Positions 23,229-37,075 of a DNA stretch of 64,000 nt are shown here, piece after piece (within the stretch, counting starts at the first letter, position 1; each line of letters begins with the position of its first letter). Location: positions 124,001 to 188,000 of the forward strand of contig JAQGDQ010000083.1 in the NCBI GenBank assembly GCA_030141605.1, read 5' to 3'. The position numbers and the translations under genes are program-made. The notes under the pieces are model-generated. The model did not search any database. It had not been told where the DNA came from and worked only from the letters and a program-made list of their open reading frames with translations. The stretch comes from Tubiluchus corallicola. Lineage: Eukaryota; Animalia; Priapulida.

Positions 23229-23470
23229 CTAAAATATCTCTGCCAATTTAGTGCCTCAACTTAGATGCGTAACCTTGGTGATAAATCAGGCTCTCTTTTT
23301 GCCACAACCATCTAAATTAAATAGATTCTGCCCGTTGACACTTGCACTATTGTCAAATTATAAAAAAACGCTAGTTTCATAGCAAGGGCTGCGGCTGTTG
23401 TCGTTATTGTTGTTTTATCGTTGTTGTTGTTATTTTTGTTGTTACTACCGTTGCTATTGTTGTTGTTGCA
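23229..23470 (+). repeat. Inverted copy of 22031-22199 plus (GTT)n tail
   Basis: CTAAAATATCTCTGC...CAACTTAGATGCGTA...GCCACAACCATCTAAATTAAATA...TGACACTTGCACTATTGTCAAAT...AACGCTAGTTT is the reverse complement of the left arm. Confidence 0.9.
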
Positions 23471-24834
23471 GTTTGCAGTTTCCTGCTAAAAATATAGTCA
23501 ACCATTGGGACAATGAGCAACTGAGCTGTATATACTTCTAGGCACGTGTAAGTGAAATAAACTGGGAACCATTAAAGTTTTTGCTCCTCTGTGTGTGGGT
23601 GTGCTGTAGACAATCATAGAAATAAAATTATCATTTTTGTGAAGCTCAGACACTTCTGATGCAGATCTCATTTGAATTCAGAGACGCGACCGTATTTTGC
23701 AAAATTTAAAAAACTAACTGAAGAGTCGATACGTCGCTTAACCAAACGTCGATAAAGCAGTCAGTTGTCAATACTCGTCGGTTGTAGTCACACTGCAAGT
23801 TCCGAAACATCCTAAAGTTATCATCATTGTCGTCGTCGTCGTCATCATCATCACTCTCATAATCAATATGCACTGCCATGTGGCACCGCAACTAACACAA
23901 ACATCAACGCCAACAACACCATCATTGCCACTAACGCCCCATGACCTTATTCAGCCACCATTTTTAATTATGCTGTTTAAATTTTTAACACCAACGGCAG
24001 CTAGAATATCAGCTGCATTCAGTACGATTTACTACACGATGTTCACAATATTATAACGCTTTGTTTCACTCTCCTTTCATCAACCCTACACCTGAAGTTT
24101 AATACTTTCATCTGAACGCACTGATTATTTTAAATTACCACACTTGTGTAAAAGATCACGTTTCTGTGACAGACCTGATTGTATGGTAAAGCGAGCGAGT
24201 CATCGTTTAATCATGACACCTGAGGCATGGCAGTGATTAAAAGAATTGTCAGTAGTAGAACTAAAAATCATAATAAAGGTCATTCTCACAGAAGCACAAT
24301 GGGAAAATAATTATACTGCAAGTCTGTAATTTGAGTGAAAGTCAGATTCAAATGTAAAGATGAATGATCATTGTTATCTACGTATAGTGTTAAATGTTGA
24401 CTTCAAGGTTGTTGATGTTGTTGTTGCTGCTGTTGTTGTTATTGCTGCTCTTGTTGTTATTGTTGTCGTTATCGTTTGCACATGCAGCAGCAGTCAACTT
24501 ACCTAAATAATTACTATGGATTTTTTCCTTTTGCCGTTTCTTATCGGTATTTTAGTACTTCAATTTAAACCAAAGGAACTTTTGGTCAAGCAATTCAGCT
24601 AAATGTTCTGGATGAGTGCGTTGGTTTTACCATTATGTTCACACAGTCTTCATTTATAGCCCTATGATTGCTGTTTACTTGGCATAATCTCGCATATAAT
24701 AGTTGTTGCAGATTGGAGATTAATGATCCAACCAAGCTAAGTGACGTTGTAATTGCTGGTATACTACTCGTTATGCTATAAATTATTCACTAAATTGCAC
24801 AGCAAATATTCAGTAAACACTTACTCTCTCCATC

Positions 24835-25108
<274 letters not shown>

Positions 25109-26339
25109 ACCATGTATGAACTCCATGTGTAAAAAACTTCTAGTTGCCGACCTGTCATTTCCCTTTGTAATTAATGTTTACAGTTTGTTGCAAACAGCAA
25201 ATTCTCAGATGGTAACCCAGTTGTTATCAATGAAGGCAGCAATAGATAAATTTGATTCTTTTAATTGTCATATTCAGCAACATCCTTATCCAGTTCTTTG
25301 GCTTGATCCTTCTCTTCAACAGTAGCTCTTCAATTTCCAAAACCTTAATTTCAGCCAAGTGAACAATTTCAAATGTCTTTTTCATCTGCTGGCGCAGAAA
25401 AATACCAAAATTTAAACTACAGTACAGTAGAAGCAGGTTCTCTACAAAGATGAAGTTTAACAGCTTGGTACTACAATGCATTGACTTTTGGTTGTGAGAG
25501 TTGCAAGTGTATAGTTTTAAGCCATGGCCGAAAATCTTTTGTACGTCAAATATTTAAATGCCAGAACAATGTTAGCTCATTTTACATCCTGGGCTATAGT
25601 AAAATATTGATAAGGATTTGCTGTCAAATAAAAAAATTAAACTTAATCCTGAACTAAACTAAAGTATCTTGAATTTCCAGCGTATGCGACGGTCATACAG
25701 AGCCGTTTGATTCAGAGAAACTAAGAGCAAAAATTGTTGAGCAGGTGGGATCAAGTACCCCTTAATTAAAGAAGGTAGAAATTGTGTCAGCTGTCGGAAG
25801 GAACGCCTTCGTTTAGTTTGCAGCTAAATGGTGGACACGTAGAGCATTGTCGGTAAGTTTAACAACAGTAACACAATTTTTTCCGGTATTTACTTTTTTG
25901 ACTTCCTGTTTTCAGACTTTTGTATCTTTGGAAAAATTATAATTATATGAATGACCAAAAATTTCTGATATTATCACACAAACGTCTGTACCATCTGTGT
26001 GGTAACTTTCAAGCGATTCCGTGATCAAAGTATCGGCACGTTTTTTGCGCCACCTAACATATTTCATCGCACTGTCCTTCCCGTAATGGCAGGTAGAGGC
26101 GGTCTTAATATGGAAACAGAACCTCATTATAAAAGGAAATCCCCTGGGAAGGAGCTTCAGAGGCGTCGGTTTACTATCAAAGTATTTTGAATTCACGAAG
26201 AGCAACTTTGTGGACTATTTACATCAACACAGTAAATTTTATTTTGTTGGGAACTATATTTTCGATATGGCTGGTCACATGAAACCTCTGATCATTTTAA
26301 CTAATCAGTGAAAGTTATAATTCTGTTTTTGTATTGAAC

Positions 26340-26545
26340 AATCTGTACCGTCAATTACAACAGTTTTTTGGCAACATGCTACATTTTTTACGTAGTCCGA
26401 TGTACAAATGTGCCAAGCTTCAGTATCATTTGTACTATCTGTACTCAGGGCTATCTGTACCGTCAATTACAACAGTTTTTTGGCAACATGCAACATTTTT
26501 TACGTAGTCCGAAGTATATATGTGCCAAGCTTCAGTATCATTTGT
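26340..26545. repeat. ~112-bp tandem duplication
   Basis: ATCTGTACCGTCAATTACAACAGTTTTTTGGCAACATGC...GCCAAGCTTCAGTATCATTTGT occurs at 26341 and 26453. Confidence 0.9.
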
Positions 26546-27299
26546 TACGGCTAAGTTTACTACAAGTTCAAAGATTCCAGCAAATGGCTTTGGCGCCGTT
26601 ATCCAATACTTCCACTAAAACTGGACACCATTGGGTGACTCCAGGGCTTAGTTAGGTTTTGTTTATTTGAAGAAGAGTTCGTTGTAGTATAACACAAGCT
26701 ATCACACAAGCCGAGAGACGGTCAGTACTAAACGAAACCTTTGGCACCTAATGAGATGACTGCATTAGGCAATCATTAAAAGTGGTCTCGCTCTTTTTCT
26801 AGTTCAGTAATAATTTTAGCAGATGCGTCACTAGAGTTACAAGCTGCATTTGTTCACAAAGTTTGCCAAACGCGCATTATGCATGTTTAAGCAAGTGTTC
26901 CAAACTTGGGCTGTGGTTTAACTATTTATCTATGTACTATGTTTTAAAACACAATACATGTTTCTCAGAAAACCTTGTAACGCATTTTCCTTGTTTGCAA
27001 AAAGCGTTTTATTTGCTTCATTTCTTGCTTTTGTTTTTCATTCAAACCACAATGCAAGCCATTTCTAAACGAGCACACACACTTTCAGTGCACTCCCCTC
27101 ATTTACGCTTGGTGTCAATTGCATTAGAGCCATTAACTTCAGACAAATTAGGTGGAGTCAAATAAACACCAGGATCTATTATAAACATCCTCGCTGTCTT
27201 CATGTTGGTGATGGTAAAGCTGCCTATTTTTAAAGCGTCAACAATCCATGGCGGTATTAATTTTTCTTTTTCTTTTTTCTTCTACTCCTGCTGCAGCCG

Positions 27300-27308
27300 T
27301 TTTGTTGT

Positions 27309-27340
<32 letters not shown>

Positions 27341-27525
27341 TAGCTGTTGTTGCTATTGCTGTCATCACAATCATTGTCTTTGGTGCTCCTAGTGCAACCA
27401 TGTTGTTGTTGTTGTCGTCGTCATCGTTGTTGCTACTGCTGCTGCTGTTGTTGCCGTTGCTGTTGCCGCTATTGCTTTTGCTGTTGTTGTTGTTGTTGTC
27501 GTCGTTGTTGTTGTTGTTGTTGTGC
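27300..27525. repeat. (GTT)/(GCT)n microsatellite
   Basis: Directly visible. Confidence 0.9.
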
Positions 27526-29259
27526 AACGGTTTATGTTATTGGTTTTGTTGCTCTTGTCCTTGTAGTTTCCGTTGTCGCTATATTTGTCACCTTCAGTAT
27601 TCTTGTTGATACTGTTACCGCTTTTGTGGTTATCGCCATAGAGGTCGTTGTAAAAACATATACTGTGCACTTATATTGTATCTATAGACTGTATATAACC
27701 ATGCCACTATGGTTTACTGCATAATTAACTGCACAGCAGTTGACAATAACGTATGTAATATTAGTAACGCAATACAATAATTAGGGACTGATGTTCTTCG
27801 GAATATTGCTTTTATTGGCGCTATTTACAAGCCTATTACACAATATAGAGGCGATGACTAATACGACACTATAGGTGAAAGATCTGGTTAGGACAGGAGG
27901 GGTTAAAACAAAGTCAAGGTATTTAAAATTTGTACCTTATAAACTTGGCAAAATAAAAAATTGTATGGAGTTACTGTTATTAATATCGTATTGCCACAGC
28001 TCTGCTGTTAATTACGTAATCAGCTATCATAAGCTGTCTAGGAATAGCACTAGAAGGGGTGTTGATAAAAATTAAATTAAATATGTTGCTACTCAAGAAG
28101 TATTAGAACAGTCAGTTCAAAGAAGACGAGAGTCCAGTGTATAAAAATGAAGATGATACTACTGAGAATATGCTTGAATATGTTACGACAAAGTGAACTA
28201 TGCCACTACAAGAAATTATTTAGTCAAATGATGCAAAAGTGCTAATGGGTTATTTGAACAAATGTACATTGTGGCTATGGACTCAACAAAAAGAAGAGGA
28301 ATGGAAACAAAACTACACGAGAAAGAGTAAAAGAAAGTAAAAAATGTTATCCATCAGAACGCTTAGAAGACGGATGCGCTTTGGAGACGATCATATCTCG
28401 CAGAAGAGATTACGCCCTGTACCCTGAATAGTGTGGACACACCATGGAAACAACGAAACAAAATAAAGAGGAATTCTTAGACGAGAGATTCAGCACGTCC
28501 AACAAAAAATTCATTTATCACGCGAAAAAGTAATTATCGCACAGTTATTATTAATAGAGATTGTATCATATTGTACACAACGAAAGTGACGAATAGAACA
28601 GAATTTAATGTTATGTTGCTGCATCATGTTGTTCTTGCACATGCAGTTAGCTCAAAGCTCTGATGAGATTTAGATCTGTGCAGTTACACACAAACGTGCA
28701 CAGTCAGCAGTAGGCAAGTTTGCCGTCAAAATTCTAAAAAAATGCTTTGCTGTACCGGTAATGCTACATAATGTAGCGTGTGTACGTGATATGACAACAC
28801 GGAACGTAACGTAACGAACGGAATGAAATATAACGTAATTAAATTCAAGTAAATGCAATTTATGTTAATTTTAAACAAATTCCGACTCTATTCTAATTTA
28901 CTGCTAAAGTTTTGGTAATTTAGAAATGACTGAAGATGTCACTTAATATTCTTATGCGGCGTTATAGCCTTAGAGGTGTTTAACGAAATAATTACACGAA
29001 ATAGAGACAGCGTAATCTTCGTTAATTTTTCATACAGTATTTACGAAGACTCTGTAATGATAGCTGTGAAGAACCCAAATGTTATCGGGTATTATAGGTG
29101 CAAGTAACCCAAATTTCCCAAGAGAATAAATGTACATTAAATTTGTATATAAGCTGGACGTAAATGACGATGATTATAGGGAAAACATGAAATAAGTTAA
29201 GAATTCATGAAGTCGACGCATTAACAGTTTGCTTACGAATTATTAGCTTGCGCATTGGT

Positions 29260-29668
29260 ACCGATCTTAACTCTTTCGTAGTAATTTTTAAACTTGTTAA
29301 AGTGTAGAGATAGATTAGGTTACGAGACTTCAATAATTTCTTCTTACAGCATTCAGAATTATAGACTTGGAAAAGTTTCCACATTCGATTACTAAACCGA
29401 TCTTAACTCTTTCGTCGTAATTTTTAAACTTGTTAAAGTGTAGAGATAGATTAGGTTACGAGACTTCAATAATTTCTTCTTACAGCATTCAGAATTATAG
29501 ACTTGGAAAAATTTCCACATTCGATTACTAAACCGATCTTAACTCTTTCGTCGTAATTTTTAAACTTGTTAAAGTGTAGAGATAGATTAGATTACGAGAC
29601 TTCAATAATTTCTTCTTGCAGCATTCAGAATTATAGACTTGGAAAAGTTTCCACATTCGATTACTAAA
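29260..29668. repeat. 136-bp tandem repeat x3
   Basis: ACCGATCTTAACTCTTTCGT... starts at 29260, 29396 and 29532. Units are near-identical. Confidence 0.95.
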
Positions 29669-29972
29669 TATAAATCATAAAGATGCAGGTTGCAATGATC
29701 ATATAGACCTCGTTACTAATTACTTAATTACATGTAACTAATTCGTTTTAACTACTTCGTCTGTTAGGCTATCTATTTATTTATCTGTTTGCCTGCCCGC
29801 TTGTCTGTCTGCCTGTCGAAATTATGTTCCGCCCACACGTTTATCTTTACGTCCATATCTACTTAGGTTCGATAGGAGCAGAATTCCGAGGTCGCTTAAT
29901 GCTAACAGATTATTGATGAATAAACAAATAATTATTGAATTTTTCAAACCAATCTATCCGACAGCAAATGTG

Positions 29973-30045
29973 AAAAAGTCGGATGCAGTCTGGATTCGAA
30001 CCACAGGCCTTTCGGTTGCAAAGAAAAAACAAAATGGCCATTAAG
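29973..30045 (-). pseudogene. tRNA-like remnant (tRNA pseudogene or SINE head)
   Basis: The - strand has B box GGTTCGAATCC followed by TTTTT. The 5' half is degenerate and no full cloverleaf forms. Confidence 0.3.
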
Positions 30046-32958
30046 TTTTTTGCACAAACATATAAGCTAAATGAAATTCACAGAAAATTAACATCGAGAA
30101 ACGATTATAACATCCATTCCAGAGTAGTTAGGACTATGACTGGGAGGATCCATTTCTGTTACTTTCACTTCACGCAATAACCGCCACACAAACATTAACT
30201 GATTTGCCTTAATAATTATTATAAAAACATTATTTTTATCAATTCGATTTTGCGGAATCTGAAAAAGTTCCACTAGACCCAAAAAGACTGGCATTTTTAA
30301 AGGAAGCTAATAGAAATGGATTTTTAGATCTAACAACCCTGAAATAGATGTCATAAATGTCTCCCATAGAACTTTACAGAAGCACATTTTCTTCTAGTCT
30401 AGTAAGTCACTGAAGATTTTCCTGCATAGAATTTGTCTGACGGTAAATTAAGTCTTATTTCCTTTTATAAACCATTTTCCAATTGGAAATCTTAATTATA
30501 GTAATCTCTTGCTTTAGTTAGGATTTTACCAGTTAAGGCGGTTAACTGAATGTCATGTTGGCGCAATCTTAATTGCAGTTTGAAGAAATGCTCAGATTTA
30601 CTTAAACATTACCTTAATTAAAGCTTAAGCGAACTTTCCTGAAATATCACAACGTGCAGCAAAATTTACATTTGACTTTTTTACATCGAAATGCAAGGCT
30701 ATTTGGCTTCATCATTAATATCCAACTTTTAGTAGACGTTGATGAACCTGGAGGCTGTTCAGTGGTCAATGGTGGTCTGGTATCTAGATAGTCTAGTGCC
30801 GGGTGAACGTGAAAGTGTACTTTCAGTTCAGGTCATTTTGATTAGTCTCATGGCGCTTACTTTCTTATGTGGGAAACATTTTAATCAATGAGAAATTGAT
30901 TAATGGTAGATGGTAGGAGTTACTATTGAAGGGTAAATACTGGCAATTTCTTATCCAAAGAGTTGATTAGTCTTGCAGTTCCCAACTGGGCCTACTACGG
31001 GCTAATAACCTCGCTATTACAAGAAATGTATTAAGATATAAAGGGGGGGGGTATTTAACGGACCAAACGGAGAAGTTTGCAAGTTGAAAGCACCACGCGT
31101 GAAGACTTATAATTCGGAATAGCCAACGAGGCTGTTATGCCCTTCTCTTTGGCCTCTATATCCACCGACTTCTGGTTTATTTGAACAATTCAGGAGGGTA
31201 CCATTGACTTATTGCAGGCGCATGCGCATGTGCATGATCCACAACTCTGTATCTGCAGGAGTGGTTCTCAACAGGTGGGAGTTTTGAATATTGATCAGCA
31301 AACTAGAATTTTACAAATTGTGCTACAGGACAGCGTACTGTTGAATTTCAAGCGTTAATTTACACGACTTCATTTCAGTTTTTCTATTACTGCTGTATTT
31401 GTAAAAATCTGTTATAAAAACCAATCAAGTAAATCTGCAACGTGCAGAATCAGGTAAGCTTAAAAAGGTGTAAAAGGTGCAACATCCTGACATATTATTA
31501 AAATGTTTCCAGGGGGTAATACGCTAAGAAATTAGACCATTTTGGAAAGACCTAGTAGGAATGATAACAGAACATATGGTGAAAAAGATGTATGGGGCAA
31601 AAAACACTGATCTACGGGGATGGACAAAGTAGTTAGATATCTGCTACGCATGTCACGAGGCCTCGTGCTATGTAAAATACAATAGTACAAGAGTTATCTA
31701 CAACAAACTGTAGGTAACACATAAATTGTTTCTTTGTTTGCCCGATTTGAACAATATTTTCATCCAATACAACCAGAGCATCATAACTTTCTTTGTACAG
31801 CTTATTGCATTTCAGAAGATCCCGTTTTCGTTCCCTTTTTTCAGTGAATCCAGGAATAAATTGAAAGGAACAACCGACATAAAATTAATGAATTGTTGAA
31901 TTGCTGAAGTGTCAAGCACCAGTTGTCATTCATTATCTAGAAAAAATGGGTAAGGCAATGTATTCTGCATAAGCAGCCATTAATTTTATATCGTTTTATC
32001 TCTTAGAATGTTTCCTTAGATTCACTGAAGAGATGGGAACGAAAAGACGTTCGGAAATCGTTTCGTAGTCGCGTTTCGTTTCGAAGTAAACGGTGTCACG
32101 AAAATCGTAATGCCCTGTTTGCATACGATTAGAACAACATGCTTTTACTATGTATCAGTATCATTCCAATACAGTTTGCTTGGCTTCTTTATATGCAGTG
32201 CATTAACTTTATGGCGGTTGACTATATAACGCCACATACTGCAGAATAATTTACACTCCATTTACTGATTACATTTGTCCGAGTAAACAAGGTCAACGCA
32301 TTGCACTGTGTTTGATGCCGAAACACTTTCACTGAAACCGATCACAATGCCAATAAAGTAGCGCTTTGCTGAAATGTGTTTCAGTAATGGGGTAATTGAT
32401 ATGGCCGCTTTTGTATGATTTTTCAGTTTACTTCCGTTAGTATTAATTAACCCTCTTTTTATGAAGTTCAGTTACTGCTAGGTGATATCCAGCATGAATG
32501 AATCCAGCGATCAACTGCAGAACTCACCTATTATGTCGATTGTTGGGGACATCTCTTTAGTGCGGACAATCCTCGCTGGACTTTCAGATGGTAGTGTCTT
32601 ACACAAATTCGGAACTTCGGCTAGATATATATTGTCACTCAACGAGTAGCATGGCAGATAAAACGTAAAAGAAAAAGTTTTGGCGGTCGCTCCTCCATTT
32701 CCTGCCCTGGCTCGGCGTTATTTAATTTCGGTCGCTAAGCACACATTAACTTCTCAATTGATCCCTGTCCTAGCTGTTATAGAAATTGTTTTTTTAAGAA
32801 GCCCATCGAGATAATTGTTCCAGTTCGTGAATTTGACATTTGATTTGGGTACTAAAAGTTACTGTGGGAGTAAAGTAAACATTGAGCGGTCAGTCAGGAC
32901 AAGAACAAACGAATTTCAGCCGACACGTGGTTAGGCAAAGACACTATGACGCAGAAAC

Positions 32959-33100
32959 AAAGTGGTCCTTGATGCAGCAATAAAGTGGTCCATGAGGCAG
33001 CAATAAAATGGTCCATGAAGCAGTAAAAAAGTGGCCCATGAGGGAGTAGTAAAATGCCCGAGGAAGCAGAAATAAAGTGGTCGGTGAAGCAGCAATAAAT
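32959..33100. repeat. 23-bp degenerate minisatellite x6
   Basis: Consensus AAAGTGGTCCATGAAGCAGCAAT. Confidence 0.8.
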
Positions 33101-33756
33101 GATCAACAAAAGGTGAAGCAAAAACTTCATGTAAAAAAGTCTTTTTACGCAGAATATGCCTACCTACCTACCTGCCTACCTACCTGCCTGCCTGCCTGCC
33201 TATCTCCCACCTAGCTACCTACCTACCTGCCTGCCTGCCTGCCTACCTACCTACCTATAAATGGCATTTGAGTGGCTATTTTTTTCCTGTTTGTAATAAA
33301 TCTCTTGCTCCAGGTCTTATGTTTTAGTAAGAAGCCACTAGAATATTTTTATCAGTACAATGAAGAAATTTTGCTAAAAACGGTTTCAAATTTTTCCCTT
33401 TAACTTTTCTAATCTTACCAAACGAAAACACAAATCCAACGAATTTTTATGTATAGTAGGATTTGTGAAGGAGGGGTACATGTGCACGTGAATCAACATG
33501 CTCGGTTTGGAATGGTTAGAGGAGGCATTACAGTCCACTGTAAAATCCAATAGTAAATCCTGTTTACAGCATAATTACAGTGCGAAGTAGAAACAGATGG
33601 CATTAAACTTTGCTAAATTGAATCCAGTAGGATGTAATTCGTAGTGCTATTGACAGAAATCAGCTTGAATGAGAGAAGAAATGTTTATTTGAAGCTTTCA
33701 GGACAGGGCTAAGTAAAGCTTGCAAGTTGCAATCAATTAATAAATGCGCTCTGTCA

Positions 33757-34150
33757 AGGAAAACAGGATTATTTTTCGCAGTCTACCTCACTTTTTGAAG
33801 TGCAGTAAATATATGCTTTAGCACCTATAATTACGCAAAAGTATTTCTGGCAATTAAATAATAGGTTAAAAAGTTAATTAACGACTGGCAAGCCCAGCTA
33901 GTGATGATTTCATGATTGAACATAATTTTCAACAGCACAAACATTCCATGAGCGTGTTGCACATGTTTGCAAAAGCGAAACTTGAAGTACAGTGCAACAT
34001 TCGGTGTAATACACAAAAAACTCGGGAAATTATAAATTTAAAAACGGGAGATACGGCGCCTGTATTTTTTCTGCAACGTGTTCACAGATGCAGACGCTAT
34101 TGGCTTCCGTCCATCTAACTAGCAAATGGCGAAATGCATGTACCAGCGAA
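33757..34150 (-). mobile_element. MITE family A, partial inverted copy
   Basis: Starts with AGGAAAACAGGATTATTTTTC (the family A terminus, reverse-complemented). Contains TTAATTAACG, TTGAAGTACAGTGC and ATGCAGACGCTA..CCGTCCATCTAACTAGCAAATGGCG. Confidence 0.7.
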
Positions 34151-34339
34151 GAACTTTCTGTGCTAAGACATTTGCTAGAAACTAATATAAGAAAAACAAC
34201 GTCTCTTGCATTGAGCTAATTTGTTTGTCACCTGTGAAGACTTAGTATGAAAGTCGAGATTTTGAAGAAACAAATAAAAAGCGATCGTTCAAAATGTTTT
34301 TAATGTAATTTCTACCTGCAACGCATGAAATTATAGTAA

Positions 34340-34473
<134 letters not shown>

Positions 34474-35084
34474 CTTTATTTAAAAAGTCGCCTTTTTGGA
34501 TCAACAATTAACATAAGCTCCAAAGAGCTTTTGGGCCGACTGTAAATAACAATCTACAACTACATAACAGAGATTATTATTACCCCATTACACCATTACG
34601 CCTTACTACTAACTAAACCGTCTGGCACAAACCAATTACATTGAAGCATTGAATTCTTCCATGTATAACTTGTTGTTTTTCCATTTTCAAGGACACCCTT
34701 GTAGCTACTGGTTATATAACAGATAAATTTCAGTTTGTCAATTTTGTCATCTAATGCTTGCAAATTTGTAACAAGTTTTGACGCGTGCCGTTTACGTTTG
34801 TCTCAGTCAAGATATTGTCCTCTACCGTTTAAATATTCTCCCTCTCCAGTTTATATTGCGATTAAAATATTTCTATATCGTAAATATTTTAGCAAAGTAG
34901 TTCAGTGCAAATTGGATCGCGCAAAAAGTAATGTAATTCGTTTTAGATAATAAAAAGACTGGCAGAGTCAGAAAATTCCTAAGCAAAATAAGAAGATATC
35001 TGTCAATGAAGAAATCGAACATTCTTGATGATAAACATTCTATAAGCTAGAATAAATTCTTGTTTCTTTTCACGCGTCAGTCTG

Positions 35085-35235
35085 TCGGTCGGTCGGTCGG
35101 TCGGTTAGTCGGTCAGTCAGTCAGTCAGCTAGTCAATCAGTCAGCAGCTAGCTAGCCAGTTAATCAGTTAGTCAGTCAGTCAGTCAGTCAGTCAGTCACT
35201 CACTCACTCACTCAGCCAGTCAACCAGTCCGTCAT
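35085..35235. repeat. (CAGT)/(CGGT)n microsatellite
   Basis: Directly visible. A similar tract lies at 44695-44862. Confidence 0.85.
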
Positions 35236-35836
35236 TCAGTTGTTAACTACGCAGTCGACCAAATAAAGAATGAACAGCCCTCAGCAACACATGTAGTTCC
35301 TAGCTAAAGAAGTCAGTCAGTTTGTCAGTCAGTCATTTACTGGGTTGCCTTATCCATCAAGTCATCTATAATGGGGGACGATTGGCACTTCCGTTTAATC
35401 CAAAACTTGATGTCCGGTGTCGGACGCTGTCACCTAGTGTGCCATCGCCGTAGAATAACAATGACGGTGAAAATACACGGTCATACTTCCGTTTCCGTGT
35501 ATTTCATTTATGGACAAAATTTCCAAAACGAATCATCTTTCATTCCACAGTTCTTCGCAAGGCAAATTTGGTTACAAATTTGTGACTAGAAAAAGCATTC
35601 GTGTGGCTCAATCAATGGAGACGGTGTGTATTCTGAATGTGAATTGTTTTAATGAGCGATTGACTGAAACCACTTATTGGTAAAGAGTTTACCAACATGA
35701 TGAATAGAGGTGATCGTGTAGAGTTCGCCAGTGAATATAAATGTTGCAGATGTGATAGTTATTACAACGAAATGTAAATGTGAACCTGAATTCCAGTCGT
35801 ACAGTAATCAGCACTCTGTGCTTTCCGCTGTAAGCT

Positions 35837-36165
35837 TGGGGTGAATTCAGTTCGAACGAGTTTTTTAATTCAAATTCTATTCGAACTTAAAATTTTGGAT
35901 TTGAGTAATTCAGCACTTTACTACAAAAGTTCCTTAAGATTAAACCGTTTCAAACGTTATGCAAACTCCATTATTTAGCTGCTATTTCAGTGCACGATTT
36001 TTACCCAAATTGTTAGTATTTTTTTGCTTTGGTACAAAATTAAGCAATATGCGTGATCTTTGCGAGACTATTTTTTCGAGTTCGATTTGGATTTGAAATT
36101 TTGAAACTCGGTTTGAGCGATTTCGAAAGTCAAAAATTTGATTCGATTCGAATTCGCACTTGGGC
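35837..36165. mobile_element. Probable MITE with TTCGA subterminal repeats
   Basis: Left GTGAATTCAGTTCGAA and right TTCGATTCGAATTCGCAC are roughly inverted. TTCGA motifs cluster at both ends. No clear TSD. Confidence 0.4.
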
Positions 36166-36168
36166 TAA

Positions 36169-36241
36169 AGTTTACAATTCCCCACACACAATGTTAGGTC
36201 TAGGGTTACAGTACTTAAAATTTCGTGGGGAATTGTAAACT
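36169..36241. repeat. 73-bp hairpin / mini-MITE
   Basis: Perfect 17-bp inverted repeat AGTTTACAATTCCCCAC / GTGGGGAATTGTAAACT. Confidence 0.8.
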
Positions 36242-36474
36242 CCTTCTTTGCTTTCTGATAGAGAATGCTCACCCCCTACTATAAGCTGACGCTACTATAC
36301 ATACGTTTCAAAATTTTAGTAAGAAAATTGTTGTGCAACCACACGGAAACACCAAATAACAGTACTCTCACGAGTGAGCAGTCTGACCATAATCACCATT
36401 GTTTTTGATGTATTTAGTTCTCTTCGATCAGAAGATAAGCTCGAATTTAAATAAAGATCTTATCTTATCTTGTA

Positions 36475-36605
36475 TTGCCCTGCCCTGCCCTGCCCTGCCC
36501 TGCCCTGCCCTGTCCTGTCCTGTCCTGTCCTGTCCTGTCCTGTCCTGTCCTGTCCTGTCCCGCCATGTCCTGTCCAATCCTGTCCTGTCCTGTCCTGTCC
36601 TGTCT
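36475..36605. repeat. (CTGCC)/(CTGTC)n pentanucleotide repeat
   Basis: Directly visible. Confidence 0.95.
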
Positions 36606-37075
36606 TATCTTCTGATCGATTTTTAGAAACTTACGCAGGGATTTTAAGGACTATCCATGATAAGATTTCATGAAGCAGTAATTTGTTTGAAAAATACATG
36701 GACATAGGATGCAGAATAAATATAGCTCTATTGGGTACATACAGCATGGTAATTAATTAGCTTCGTGTTCGTGATTACAGATATTTCTACATAATTAACA
36801 TAATGTGCGAGATCACATACTGGTCCCAAGGCAGAGAATTCTCTAGAATGCTTACTTGAAATAACAACACATAACAACAATAGCAGCAGCAGTCGCAACC
36901 GCGACCACGACAAAGATGGCAACAAGAACAAATAATATCTTATCAATGCGGTATGTTATTCTTAAAAATATTCTGCCTAGATTTGGTTAAAATTAAAATT
37001 AATGCATGAATGAGTAGTTTCGTTTCTAAGTGCACTAAAGCGAGACAAAAAAAGAATTGTCAACTCTTTCCTTAA

